64,000 bases of DNA, from contig OX597815.1 in assembly GCA_951406725.2 (NCBI GenBank), positions 67,952,001-68,016,000 on the forward strand, written 5' to 3'. Every line of letters begins with the position of its first letter. Position 1 is the first letter of the stretch. The stretch is from Octopus vulgaris. Taxonomy: Eukaryota. The position numbers were made by a program, and so were the translations under genes. Shown here in pieces: positions 1-13,155 of the stretch. Under the pieces are notes generated by a model that was not told the DNA's origin, did no database searches, and saw nothing but the letters and a program-made list of their open reading frames with translations.

Positions 1-430
1 CTCACCAAAGACGCTGATTCCATCAATAGAAACCTGGAAAGCATGGAGGATATGCCAATAACGTCTTAATGAAACAATGTCTTCATTGATGAATCATCAT
101 TCACAGGGTGCAAGAGTGAAGTATACCACTTAGATTTTCCACACACACACACACACACACAATCACCGGATCTCAGTATAATCGAACATTTGTGATGTAT
201 TTTGGAGCAGCAAGTATGGAAACGTTTTCCCTGCCCGCCATCACCACTGAAGAGCTAAAGCAGGTTTTATTTGAAGAATGGCTTCTAATTCCCCTAACAA
301 CCGTTCAGAACCCGCACGAGTCAATTGCTCGACGTATTAAAGCCGTGATTAATGCCAAAGTTGAACCAACTCCGTATTAGATAATAAAATTTCCATTTAA
401 CAAGGTGTTTCCAACATTTTATCCAACAAC
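1..430 (+). mobile_element. Tc1-family transposon remnant (C-terminal transposase and decayed right end)
   Basis: Reads DESSF near 88, then QSPDLSIIEHL and EELKQVLFEEW...SIARRIKAVINAKVEPTPY*, the Tc1 DD34E C-terminus; internal deletion and a (CA)n insertion. Confidence 0.85.
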
Positions 431-1294
431 AGATTAAAAGAGAAAGTAAACTACAAATGAAAAATACGACAATAGATGATGATGACGACGACGACGACGA
501 CGATAATAATGATGATGATGATGATGACGATGATCTGTCTACCTACCAACCAGCCTACCCACCAACAAGTCCACCCGCCTACATGCCTGCAATCTACTTT
601 CTTACCATATCCGTCTATATCTCTCTACTCCGTTAGATCACGTTATCTATCTGTCTATTTATCTCTCTATCTATATGTCTATATGTATGTCTTTTTATCT
701 ATCTTTCTTTCTATGTATCTCTCTGTCTGTCTGTCTAACTGACTGTCTACCTATCTAACTGACTAATAATTTGCCTGCATGTCTAATTTCGCTTACGCAA
801 ACGGGTAGGTGTATATCCATGTACATGCGTGTGTGCTTGTATGTGTGTGCGTGCACATGTATGTGTGTATATACATGTGAATATGCACGTATTGTATGTA
901 CGTGGACTTGTACATGTGAGTGCATGTATATATGTGTATGTGTATATATATGCGTGTGTATGTGTGTCTGTGTGTGTCTGTGTGTGTCTGTGTATATATG
1001 TGCTTGTGTGTGTGCGCGCGCGTGTGTGTGTGATTAATGAGAAGTTATTATTTCATTTCGATTCAATTTAATTCATTAGTAGAAGATTTATTAACAGACA
1101 TCAAGCGTAAGAAACACCTGGATGCGCTTCGTAATACTTTCAACTTATTACAAATCATTTATCTTCTTCCCCTTCCCTCCACATTTACGCACGCACGCAC
1201 GCACACACACGCATACACATACACATGTATATATAAAGATATATATGCATATACCTATACATAAACATACATACATACATACATATATATATAT

Positions 1295-1349
<55 letters not shown>

Positions 1350-1650
1350 CGTCTGTGTGTAGCTGTGCCTGCATGTATTTGTATATATGACGACAATCAG
1401 GTCTCTGTCATCAACACAGAGACTCTATCACCAAACTTACCATAGATATCAAATCATAGCTAAAACGCTCTTTAGTCACGAATATCACACAGTCTGTGGT
1501 GATATACAGTAGACACCACATCACAAAGTCTATTTTCTCCTTTTAGCACTACGGGTCTAGTACTTCAACTCTCGTTAATTTGCTAATTCTTCTCAATGCT
1601 CCAGTAAAAACCCCATCAACTCAACCATTATTATTATTATTATTATTATT

Positions 1651-2204
1651 GAGTGAGAGAGCAGTTCATGCCATCAAAGTGACACTGGGGTAAAATATAC
1701 GAAGCCCAATATACCCATCATGACTACCCGTCTGATAAGGGCACACCAGGCACATGCATCACAACCATATGTGCGCGACATGGTGATCTCATATCAAAAT
1801 AAACTGCACATGACCTTGCAGGTGGGGCCCAGTTAGAATTTTCTTCAGGTTGAGTAGCCCATCCCGCTCAAACGGTCCCTGAATAAGGGTTGTTTAAGGA
1901 TGTTGAAAAAACCACCCATGTCTCCAGAGGTGAATTATTCAAACCCCAAAGAATCCCTCTCAACACATGGCTATGATGCTCCCCCACTACTTCTGCTCGT
2001 GATCAGAGATGCACATATCGTCAGTCACTAAGGGACATGCTCAACTGGTTAAGGTCAAACAACTGACAAGCAAATCTGTGGTATTGAGCAGAATATTTGC
2101 TGTAGCCCATCTTTTATACCAAGACAGAACAATGTACATGATAACACTTCCAATCAGTTAAGATCAGAAGCCATGAGAGCCACTGCCTGGTACTGCATCA
2201 GGGC

Positions 2205-2206
<2 letters not shown>
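1651..2206 (-). mobile_element. ~556-bp non-autonomous repeat embedded in an (AAT)n array (longer copy)
   Basis: Near-identical reverse complement of 9485-9916; (ATT)n on both sides; no ORF. Orientation inferred from the shared end and truncation of the second copy. Confidence 0.85.
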
Positions 2207-2259
<53 letters not shown>

Positions 2260-2277
2260 ATTATTATTATTATTATC

Positions 2278-2800
2278 CTTGTTGGTGTTATTGTTGTTTC
2301 ATTACTCAGGTCTCAATTTCACTTGCTCCGGTTAATTCTGTAAGGATTTCACTAGGTCTCTTTCGACGATATTTAGCATCCAAGTACCAATCTCAAAATC
2401 CTCGTTGTCCCTAACAAAGCAGTTTTCTGAGCATGCTCTATCCTCATATCAATCCCAATTTCTCCAACAAATTTCTCAAACCTGGTTGTTAATGCTCCCA
2501 ATATCCCTACAACTACTAAGATGAAAGTTACTTTCTTCATTCCCGACATTCATGCAATCTCATCTTTTCTAGTTCTTTACCATCCACTCGTACATCCTCA
2601 GGTATGACAATATCTATGATCTTGGTTTCCTTCATCATTTTATCAACTACAACAATATCTAGTCTCCCAGCATCAATTACTGAATCACACCGAATTGTAA
2701 AATCTCACAAGATTTTATATTCGTTATTCTCAGACACCTTCTGGCTTATGCTCGTACCATTTCAGTATCTTTTCAATTCCGTACTTCTAACACAATCTCC
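2278..2800 (-). mobile_element. R4/Dong-clade non-LTR retrotransposon 3' fragment (RLE domain, 3' UTR, (AAT)n)
   Basis: Minus strand reads KWYEHK..ENNEYKIL*DFTIRCDSVIDAGRLDIVVVDK..KETKIIDIVIP..KELEK..VVVGILGAL..QKTALLGTTRILRLVL; abuts (TAA)n at 2207-2277, the known Dong target. Confidence 0.85.
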
Positions 2801-4099
2801 AATGACGTAGCTAGGTATCACTTTTCTCTAACAAATCACTTTTCCTTTGCTCCCTCTAGGTACTGATCTTGTCTTTCCCTTCCATTTCTCTGAGGTATTG
2901 TCCTTGCATCGTTTTCACTTTCCAGTTGTTCAATCTTTGCTCTTCATCTTGTTTCTTAAATGCTTTTGAAATGTTTTTTCAAAAGCAAGACGATACATTT
3001 CCACAAGGTATCGTCTTGCTATTTCGAACAACAAAGAAAGCAGTTGAGACAACAAAAGCTCTAGTAACTCCAGCATCACTATCACCACCCACATCAACCA
3101 GAAAAACAACAGAAAAAAACACCCATGACGTATCTTAGCCCAGCTCTTCCTTTCCTCCTCTCTCAAACACTCACTCACACAAACAGACACACTCCCACAC
3201 TCCGAGAAAGATTCCACAGATACTGGTTCCTGCGCATGTCGAAATGAAGACGAAGAGGAACCCCCAAAATTAAAAAAAAGGATACACAGGAAAATAAGTA
3301 CCTGGCCTCACCACCAACACTCACACCAGGAAACGCAGGAAATGCTTTCATATATGTTGTGATGAAAGTTACGACGCCCCCTTGCGAGAGGTAGACTGGT
3401 CCGAGTAAAATATAAATAGTAACGATCCGAGTGAGTTCAAAGTTCAGAGTCGAGTGAAGTTCGTGTTAGTTCGCAGTGAAGTCGGAAGGTGTCGATTGGT
3501 TAGTTCACAAGGAATATTGATTGTTGGTTTGTAAAGAGATTTGTTAGTTCGCTACATTGTTTTTACTGTTGTCAGGGTATTTTATTTATTGTACGTAACA
3601 AATCACGTTACAACTTCAAAATATAGACTCGTCGAAAACAACACCAACCCCACCAGCTCCACATCAGTCAACACAACCGCCGCTACCTCAACCAGTTCCA
3701 CCAACACTATCATAATCCCAAAAAGGTTCACATAACAAGAGTCAACCACGCAGACATCAAACTTCTTGCCTGTGAGGAAAGCCAACGAAGATTTGATGGC
3801 CCTTATAGCACAAAATAAAAATATTGAGAGAGGAGTTGCAATTTGCAGCATCAGCACTTTTAAAGTGCCAGAAGATTTAATGTGAGAGCGCATACTACCA
3901 AACATATACAAAACCATTAGGGAGGTTTTCCCCTACACCGTGTGAATCCCTTACGTAAATGTCACCATGAGACTTTTACAGGGATTCCCAGAGGAACCCC
4001 AACCAGATTCGGAGATCGAGCTGACCGGCCAACAGCAGCACCGAGAGGGTAAATAACCACAATCTTATCCTTTCTCTCAACTCTTTCCGGCCAACATAG

Positions 4100-4615
4100 C
4101 AATTATTAAAGTAGGAAGGATTAATGTTCGTGAACTGGGGTTGTCGTGAAAGTAAGGTGATTTGCTTCACGACCTCAAGCCGTTAGAGCTGGATGTGAAA
4201 GCCGCCTGTTAGATCACAGTTTCTGACACGCGCACACTAGTTCCCAATTTTGACGATCTACGCATCCCGACGCGGCTGGAATGGGAAGTGGGGTGGCAGT
4301 ACTGTTTCGGAAAGGTCTAGATCTTAAGATACGGACGATCTTACTGTGCCCGGACAAACGTTGGTGGTCCTGAATGTGGATAAAATCGAAGGTGGTGCTT
4401 TTAGATTAGTTGCTGTAAATATCCCGAATGGGGCTGGGCAGCCATATTTCTTTAGACTTTCGGAGGTTTTCTTTGCGACGTCTCACTCTTTAGAGTTACT
4501 GGGTGGTTTGAACGCCATCTTGGACGCACGTCTGGATAGGGTGGGGCTAGCCGATAAGTGAGGGAGTGTAAAAGCCTCACAAACCTGCTCAGTCGTTTTC
4601 AACTGAATGCGTAAC
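4100..4615 (+). mobile_element. Tx1/L1-type LINE ORF2 APE endonuclease fragment (decayed)
   Basis: INVRELG..LLHDLK..LDV near 4120-4200; ORF 4346-4561 FRLVAVNIPN...FF...LLGGLNAILD..LDR matches the APE YAPN and GDFN motifs. Confidence 0.75.
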
Positions 4616-4624
4616 TGTGAACAT

Positions 4625-5271
4625 AGGCAAACAGCATTTAAAAACTATAATGTAATTAATATTCATTAATAAATAATATTAATTAATTAAATAAACATCT
4701 AAATAAATCTAATTCGAAATGTATAATATAAATACTTTTTGATTAATATATAAAAAATTTTATTACAAACTATAAACTTAACAATCGTTTATAACAAATA
4801 TATATTATATATCATATTAATATTCAAAGCAAATGCTAATAAATTAAACTTATTATATAATTAAAGTAATCTATATTTAGATCAAATACTTCCCTCATTA
4901 ATTGTACATATTATTAATCGTACATAAAGTACATATTATCATTATAAATAAATAGTACATAAAGAAAAATATTTTTTTACTACATATTCAAAATTGTTTA
5001 TTTAACGTTACTAAAACTATTACTAAAAAAGTATATATATATATACTTAATACTATAAATTTTAGTAGATATATAATAAGCATAATAATAACCATATCAA
5101 CCACAAAAAAATGAAACAACTATCTTTTAATCTATATTCATTAAATAAATTATATATTTAGTAATAAAATAAACATCTAAATATAATCTAACTATTTAAA
5201 AAACCTTTACTAACTCTTATTGACTTATATTCAAGCCACCTGTAGAAGTGCAATTACAACACTACTATAAT

Positions 5272-5303
<32 letters not shown>

Positions 5304-5960
5304 TAATAAATATTAATTTAGACTTATTAAATTATGCAATATACAATATAAAATCACATGCTAATTTTTAGAATTCATACTAGTACAAAATATAACAACA
5401 AATTAGAAACAAAAATAGGGTTTAAATACAGTCGCTACTTATCTAAACATTTATTATATAAATAAAGTCATTTGTGTCTACATTTAATTTTACGCTCGTT
5501 CAATATATTAACTAATTTATTATGCTTATTAAATAGTATTTCTTTAAATTCACTAGAACATAAAAAACAGGAATACTACCTATACTATATGATTTCACTT
5601 TAAATTATACTTAAGTCTTTGGGATTTAAGTTCCCATATATATTTGCTAAGCCCGGTAGAGTTCATAAGATTTCTATTCTTAAAGGAATGCATATGCTGA
5701 GCGACTCTTAATTTAAATTTTGTGGAAGTAGACCCTACATATTTATTTCAATATATTAAAATAAATATATAGGAAGTAGACCCTATATATTTATTTCAAT
5801 TGAATTTATATTTAATTGTAGCCATGAAACGTACGTAGGTTTTTTTACTTATATATTGATTATTCATTTTTATAGTTTTTGAGATCTAGTTATGTTTTAT
5901 AAAAATATATTTTATTTATTATTTATGTTTTGGTTTATGTCTATCACTGTTTGAGTTGCA
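4625..5960 (+). mobile_element. Extremely AT-rich segment, possibly a heavily decayed PLE 3' end
   Basis: Abrupt composition shift near 4625; ends in a hammerhead-like remnant (5778-5842: AGACC..GAAA CGTACG TA GGTTT) before (TA)n; protein similarity only vague. Confidence 0.4.
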
Positions 5961-6062
5961 AAATGGTGGTTTTATCTCTAATTTATATTATATATATATA
6001 TACTTGTCTATATGTATAAATGTATATGTGTGTGAGCTTATATATATGCATGTGTTTGAATG

Positions 6063-6194
<132 letters not shown>

Positions 6195-6432
6195 TTCTCA
6201 TTCTCTTTTTCTGTTTCTATGTATCCTAATATTCCTTCTTTGTATTCTTATTATAAGATTTTTGTGCAATTTAGAATTTGTTTTAATTAATGCTCGAGTA
6301 TTATAAATGATCTTGTTTTTAAAGGGAATAATTTGCGGATTATCTTCTTTTGTAGTGGTTTAATGAAATGAAAATTAAAAATCCAAATAACGTTCGGTTT
6401 TTGTGACCAATAAAGGAAAGATCATTATTATT

Positions 6433-6464
<32 letters not shown>

Positions 6465-6505
6465 TATTATTATTATCATTATTATTATTATTATTATTAT
6501 TATCA

Positions 6506-6542
<37 letters not shown>

Positions 6543-7399
6543 GAGGAAGTTAACAGTTTCTTTATTACATTGCGAAATGAATATACATATGTATGCATAC
6601 ACACATATATATCCGTATATATATAAATGTGTGTGTGTTCGCGTGAGTGTGCGTGGGCGTGTGTGTGTACGTATATATGTGTGTATGCCTATGTATATGT
6701 TTATCCTTATGTATGTATGTATGTATGTATGTATGTATGTATGTATGTATGTATGTATGTATGTATGTATGTATGTATGCATGTTTGTGTTAGGTGTGAC
6801 TTTGAACTGCATCCGGCAGTGGGGTCCTGGTACGGGTGGTGGGAGTTTTGAAGAATGTGGAATTACCTTTTAGCCACTATTGTTCCCAAGTCTTCTCTCA
6901 CCCGGAGTAGTAGCACCTGTTAATGTCCCAGCCATGGGTTAATTAGCATCTAAACCAATGGAAGTAAAGGAAATCCAGTTCTTATTAGAACTTCCTTCAA
7001 GATGGTGAACTCATATAAAAAAAACTGAAGTACAGTTGGTTTCTGAGCGTCGCATTCAACTTAAAAACTTCTGGTTGTAGAGCTGATTGCGATGAATAGT
7101 GGATTCAGCGTTATGCAACATATTATCGACTAAAAACAAATTCAAGCACACGAACTTCTTGGACTCGGAACGTTTACACAGACTTACTAAGATTACGAAG
7201 TAGTCTTACTCGGTCACGAATTTGACTTCCACTATGTTTGTATATATGTATATATGTAAGTGTATATATATCGTTCTTATGTTTGAATAACCTGCTGTAA
7301 ATAGGTAATAAGAAATATGTGAAGTCAACGGATCAACTAAATGTGGCCTCTATACCACGAAAAGAACATGCACTTTAATTTGATCAAAGAGCTCCAGCA

Positions 7400-7800
7400 T
7401 GTGGTAAGTAGCTTGCTTACCAGCCACATGGTTCCGGGTTCAGTCCCCCTGCGTGGCACCTTGGGCAAGTGTCTTCTACTATAGCCTCGGGCCGACCAAA
7501 GCCTTGTGAGTGGATTTGGTAGACGGAAACTGAAAGAATCCCGTCGTATATAAGTATATATGTATGTGTGTGTGTGTTTGCGTGCCTGTGTTTGTCCTCC
7601 CAACATCGCTTGACAACCGATGCTGGTGCGTTTACGTCTCCGTAACTTAGCGGTTCGGCAAAAGAGACCGATAGAATAAGTACTAGGCTTACAAAGAATA
7701 AGTCCTGGGGTCGATTTGCTCGACTAAAGGCGGTGCTCCAGCATGGCCGCAGTCAAATGACTGAAATAAGTAAAAGAGTAAAAAAGAATAAAAGAGTAAG
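7400..7800 (+). mobile_element. tRNA-derived SINE with CR1-LINE-like 3' tail
   Basis: A-box-like TGTGGTAAG and B-box GGTTCAGTCCC; internal (TA/TG)n; tail GGCGGTGCTCCAGCATGGCCGCAGTCAAATGACTGAAA shared with the LINE at 35609; (GAGTAAAA)-like tail repeats. Confidence 0.9.
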
Positions 7801-8262
7801 ACTAAATTTTATAAAGATGTTCACCTGGTGTTTCCACGCAAATAAATTAATCCTGTGCAATTGGAAAATCCCACCCAGACAGTATTTCAAGTAAGGCACC
7901 TCACCGATCCAGCTGGGCACATCCTCTGCTTTCTACTTTCTTGTTTTTACCTTTTCGACATTTTATACTCTACACACATAACCAGCAGCTACAAATTACA
8001 CACGTGCTTCAAACAGGTAACTTTCTTCTCTTGTTTCTTTTATCTGGTTTCTCGTTCTACTTTGAAATACTTTCACCCGAAACATCAGTCTACGTCTTTT
8101 CCTTTTCCTTTGTTCATTGTACGATTCTCTCTGATTAATTTTATTGTTAATTTTTGTGTACTTTCACGTTATTCATCAGTCTATCCATTTGTGCTATTTT
8201 ACATTTTACACACACACACACACACATACATACATACATACATACATACATACATACATACA

Positions 8263-8293
<31 letters not shown>

Positions 8294-8460
8294 GTGTGTG
8301 TGTGTGTATTCATTTCACTTAGGCATTGCGAGACTAATAACCTGGTGTAGTGGTGTAGAACTCAATATACGTATTTTCAGAACGAAGTGTTATCTCAATA
8401 TAGGGCAGTATAAGAAAGAGAGATGACAAAGGAAAAAATGATTATCTTATGAACCCCATT

Positions 8461-8565
8461 AGCTTACAGCTGTTTCTATTATAAGATGCAATGGACTAAT
8501 AGTAGACTATAAGATGCAGTGGACTATAAGATGCCTGAATAACACCTTAAAGCTTTATCGGAGCC
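8461..8565 (-). ncRNA. Decayed type I hammerhead motif with extended helix II
   Basis: Minus: GGCT CCGATAA [long helix II] GAAA CAGCTG TA AGCT; two substitutions in the CUGAUGA core; palindromic helix III. Confidence 0.5.
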
Positions 8566-8616
8566 TCGAATATAAAGTACAGTTTATTTGGGAAAGAATT
8601 ACATTTGTACTATATA

Positions 8617-8832
8617 CGAGGGGTTGCTGAAAAGTTCCTAGCTTTAAGAGTATGGCGAAAGATTTGGTTGGAGGTCTAAATTTCTGAGTTCTTTTATAGG
8701 GCTTAGAAAGACTGAAGGGCCGCTGCAATAAGTGAGTGAATCTGGGAGGAGAATATGTTTAGTAAAATCATAATAAACTGATCCTCCTGTATTTTCTTTT
8801 ACCCAAAGTCAGGAACTTTTCAGCATACCCTC
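8617..8832 (+). mobile_element. Mariner-derived MITE
   Basis: TIRs CGAGGGGTTGCTGAAAAGTTCCT / AGGAACTTTTCAGCATACCCTC, TA on the left; internal remnant resembling the mariner C-terminus (GEYV). Confidence 0.85.
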
Positions 8833-9028
8833 AAGAGAATGGCACTAACAATGGGAAGGTTAAATAAGATGAATATAAAAAAGTTATGTCCAAAAGGCAA
8901 TAAGATGTATTAGTGGAAATATATGTATATATACTTCCGCACGCAATTCCTTTCTTTATGTATAAATGTATATGTGTGCCTATGCTTCTGTTTGGGTCAG
9001 TCTCTCTGCGTCAATATGTGTATGCTGG

Positions 9029-9111
<83 letters not shown>

Positions 9112-9112
<1 letters not shown>

Positions 9113-9410
9113 AAAATACAAACTGGGACAAGAACGCAAAACATTTAGAAGATGATACAAAAAACACGGACGGGACATTCGAAGCCTTCAATCTTCAGTC
9201 AAGATCCGGATCATCCTCGCAATTTCGGCTGATTAATCGTGAGATTGCTCCAATCTGGTCAGCCCCAAGGAAAACCTAAGCTAAGCGCATTAGATTCCTT
9301 GGAAGAAAGCTTCGAATGTATGCAAAACAAGGACAGAAAAACGGACGATGTTACACGAATATGAATACAAAATTAATACGTAAAAACAATGATAATAATA
9401 CGTAAAAACA
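9112..9410 (-). mobile_element. Structured non-coding repeat (probable PLE terminus); partial second copy at 58374-58545
   Basis: Homology to 58374-58545; multiple internal inverted repeats (CATTCGAAGC/GCTTCGAATG, CCAAGGAA/TTCCTTGG, GGCTGA/TCAGCC). Confidence 0.65.
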
Positions 9411-9415
9411 ACAAC

Positions 9416-9484
<69 letters not shown>

Positions 9485-9485
<1 letters not shown>

Positions 9486-9916
9486 TACCACAGATTTGCT
9501 TGTCAGTTGTTTGACTTTAACCAGTTGAGCATGTCCCTTAGTGACTGACGATATGTGCATCTCTGATCACGAGCAGAAGTAGTGGGGGAGCATCATAGCC
9601 ATGTGTTGAGAGGGATTCTTTGGGGTTTGAATAATTCACCTCTGGAAACATGGGTGGTTCTTTCAACATCCTTAAACAACCCTTATTCAGGGACCTTTTG
9701 AGCGGGATGGGCTACTCAACCTGAAGAAAATTCTAACTGGGCCCCACCTGCAAGGTCATGTGCTGTTTATCTTGATATGAGATCACCATGTCGCGCTCAT
9801 GGTTGTGATGCATGTGCCTGGTGTACCCTTATCAGACGGGTAGTCTTGATGGGTATATTGGGCTTCGTATATTTAACCCCAGTGTCACTTTGATGGCATG
9901 AACTGCTCTCTCACAC
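9485..9916 (+). mobile_element. Truncated copy of the (AAT)n-embedded 556-bp repeat
   Basis: Reverse complement of 1651-2084 with few differences; (AAT)n on both sides. Confidence 0.85.
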
Positions 9917-9984
<68 letters not shown>

Positions 9985-10362
9985 CAACAACAATATCAGG
10001 ACATCACAAACAGGGGTATTTCGACTAGGACGAATTAAACTCAGCTGACATGTTAGGAATGTGCCTTGGGACAGAGAAAATAAATTTTGGTGTTACCACG
10101 ACGGCTGCCAGACCCAAAAGGCCAGTAGTCGTTCGGTCAGTCATATACGAAGAGAAGAGAGAGGAAAAGAGGGACAGACGGATTAAGGAGGGGGAGAAGA
10201 GAGAGAAAAAGAAGAACAAGGAATTACGGAGGAGGAGCAGAGAGCTAGCGAGAAAAAGAGACAGGGACAAAGTGAAGTGCAAAGTAAGAAAGGCAAAGAA
10301 ATGTAGGAGAGTGGGGAGAGAGACAGTGTTGATGAGTCGTACCGAGTTTAGAGAAATGTGTA

Positions 10363-10680
<318 letters not shown>

Positions 10681-11039
10681 TGTATATATATATGTATATA
10701 TAATGTATATATATATATGTGTGTGCGTGTGCGTGTGCATGCATGTGCGTATGCATGCATGTGCGTGTGCATACATGTGCGTGTGCATAAATGTGCGTGT
10801 GCATGCGTGTGTGTATGTGTATGTGAGTGTATGCGTGTATATGTGTGTGTATGTGTAAGTATGTGTATGTGTGTGAGTGTATCCATGTATATGTGTGTGT
10901 ACACACGCACGCACACACACACACACACACACAGATATTATATCTCAGTGTTTGAGCTAAAGTACAACACATACATTTGATCACTATGAACAAGTCATTC
11001 GTGCAGGTTGTTCATTATTATCGTTATTATTTATTTTAA

Positions 11040-11180
11040 ATTTAGGCAGAAGGACAGTAATTTTCTGTGAAGGGGATAAGTCGATTACATTGAGTCCAGT
11101 GCTCAAATGGTACTTCATTTTATCGACCCTGAAAAAATGAAAGGCAAAGTCAACCGCGGTGGAATTTGAGCCCAAAACTC
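11040..11180 (-). mobile_element. SINE fragment (same family as 23397-23616)
   Basis: Shares GTCGATAAAATGAAGTACC..TGTAATCGACTTATCCCC and a B-box CTCAAATTCC on the minus strand. Confidence 0.75.
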
Positions 11181-11445
11181 AGCTTGCTGCCTTTAAATTT
11201 TGAAAGAGAGACAGGAATTTTGAGTGAAGGGCTTAGTCGATACAAAGGACCCCAGTACTTGACTGATACTTCGAATTACAAACATCTCCAATATTGAGCA
11301 TGTGTGTGTGTGTGCGTGCGAGCGTGTGTTTTCATATACATATTGGTACATATATGCATATATGCATGGTATATATAGATCTATGCATACGTTTGTATTT
11401 GCATGAGCCATAATTCTTGTTTAGATTTATTGATCCAGACGTGGC

Positions 11446-11492
11446 TTTGACTGAAGAGACACAACCAGGTTGAAATACCACGGCGTCTCAAA
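11446..11492 (+). ncRNA. Type I hammerhead ribozyme
   Basis: TTTGA CTGAAGA GAC..GTT GAAA TACC AC GGCG TC TCAAA; perfect 5-bp helix I, intact core, GUC cleavage triplet. Confidence 0.75.
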
Positions 11493-13106
11493 ATCCACTT
11501 ACGTGAATAAATTGAATGTATTATAAGCATACACCGTCAAAAAGGAAAAGGGGCTTTCCGAAGACGAAATACAACAGCTATAAGGGTATTGATTGCCCGT
11601 TTCTACCGGAACGTATTGAGAATGAATCGGTACATCATTTATTTTGATTCTCGTTGTTTGCGTACACGTGATGATTTACTGTGTTAATATATGTCTTTCA
11701 ATTATTGAAACAAGAATCAACCACCATTATAAATAATACCCCCATTTTGCATTGAATATTACTATCATCTTTGGACTGTTGCCTCTTCTGAATATCTTAA
11801 GTGGCTTGGTTGAATTCAGAATCAAGTTGTCAACATGGTGAATCCTCTTCTTTTGTTATTGAAATCAATTCATCATCATGACCATCATCATCATCAGCAG
11901 ACAGATATTGCCAGTGGTATTATGATACTAACTTTGTAGGTTGGAGTCTTTGGCTGATCGTCGAAATGTACTTCACTCTGACTTTTCTATAATTTTTTCT
12001 AAGGTCATTCTCTAATAATCTTTCTGGTCTGGTACTCTATATCAAGGCTTTAAAACGAGTCACTCATTTTTTTGCCCGGGCGCATCGTTTCTTTATTGAG
12101 GTTCTTGTAAGTCATAAATCCTTTTGTTTAAATAGTTTCTTTCCTCAAACTGCTACTCTCTGGAACGCACTACCATCATTTTATTTTCCTCTGGTCAATC
12201 CTTTTTCGCTTTCTATCAATCGACATCTTTTGAAATTGTAGGCACTTCTTTTCCTTCTTTGTAGTCCATTACGCTACTGTGGCCTCAAGCCTAGTTTAGA
12301 ACAAAATCGTATAAAAACTATAAATTGAATTTGAATAATTCAAATGAAATCAAGTTATTACTGTTCTTTGTAAACCTCAACTTATTAATGTTACAGAGTA
12401 AAAAGAAACTGGTAACGTTAGAAAGTGTCATAACGATTATATTATTATGAAAGGATATTCTACACTATTATCAGAGTATATTTGGAGTGCAATTACTGCT
12501 TCATCTGGATAATGAGATTCTCTTTTTGCTTTCTTTTGATGTAAAATTCAAATCGGTTTGATAATCGATATCTCCTAAATAGTATACATGCTTAGTCGAG
12601 CCTGCGATTGAGCTTTTGTTGGTTTGCTGGGCCTGTTAAAAATAGCAACTAAATCTGCAAATCGCATCATACCGTCTCACAAAACTGAAAGGTTGAACAA
12701 CGGCCGGTGGTGTTCTCAACTCACTGAAGGTAAAAGAATGTTTACGTCTGGATCGACTTTGAACATAGATAGGACTGATCGATCGAGATTGACCTGTGTC
12801 TATAAAACAACAATAACAACAGTAGCATTTTTCCTAGGGACAAAATATTTGATTTATTTAAGTCTTGGTCATAAAATGTCTTCTGATATACCCCACCAAC
12901 TCAGGTACAAAATCGTTTAAAATCGATAATGTCTTGTATATTTCCATAGGAAATAATTGCACTAAAACGTTGTACATTTGCAGACATTTTTCGAGCGCTT
13001 GTTGATCGATATATATGCTTGTGACGTGTGTGTCTATGTGTGGTTTGTGTGTGTGTGTATGTGTGTGTGTGCGTGCGTGCGTGCCTGCGTGCATGCGTGC
13101 CTGCGT

Positions 13107-13155
<49 letters not shown>

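Noticed and set aside
3000-4050. Possible LINE ORF1 fragments upstream of the Tx1-like APE
   Set aside because: Plausible from position, but no diagnostic motif could be read.
4625-5960. Mitochondrial insertion (NUMT) or control region
   Set aside because: No recognisable mitochondrial tRNA, rRNA or protein motif; the hammerhead remnant points to a PLE origin.
8155-8185. CTGATGA ATAACGT GAAA GTAC on the minus strand
   Set aside because: No helix I pairing and no NUH triplet; too weak to call.
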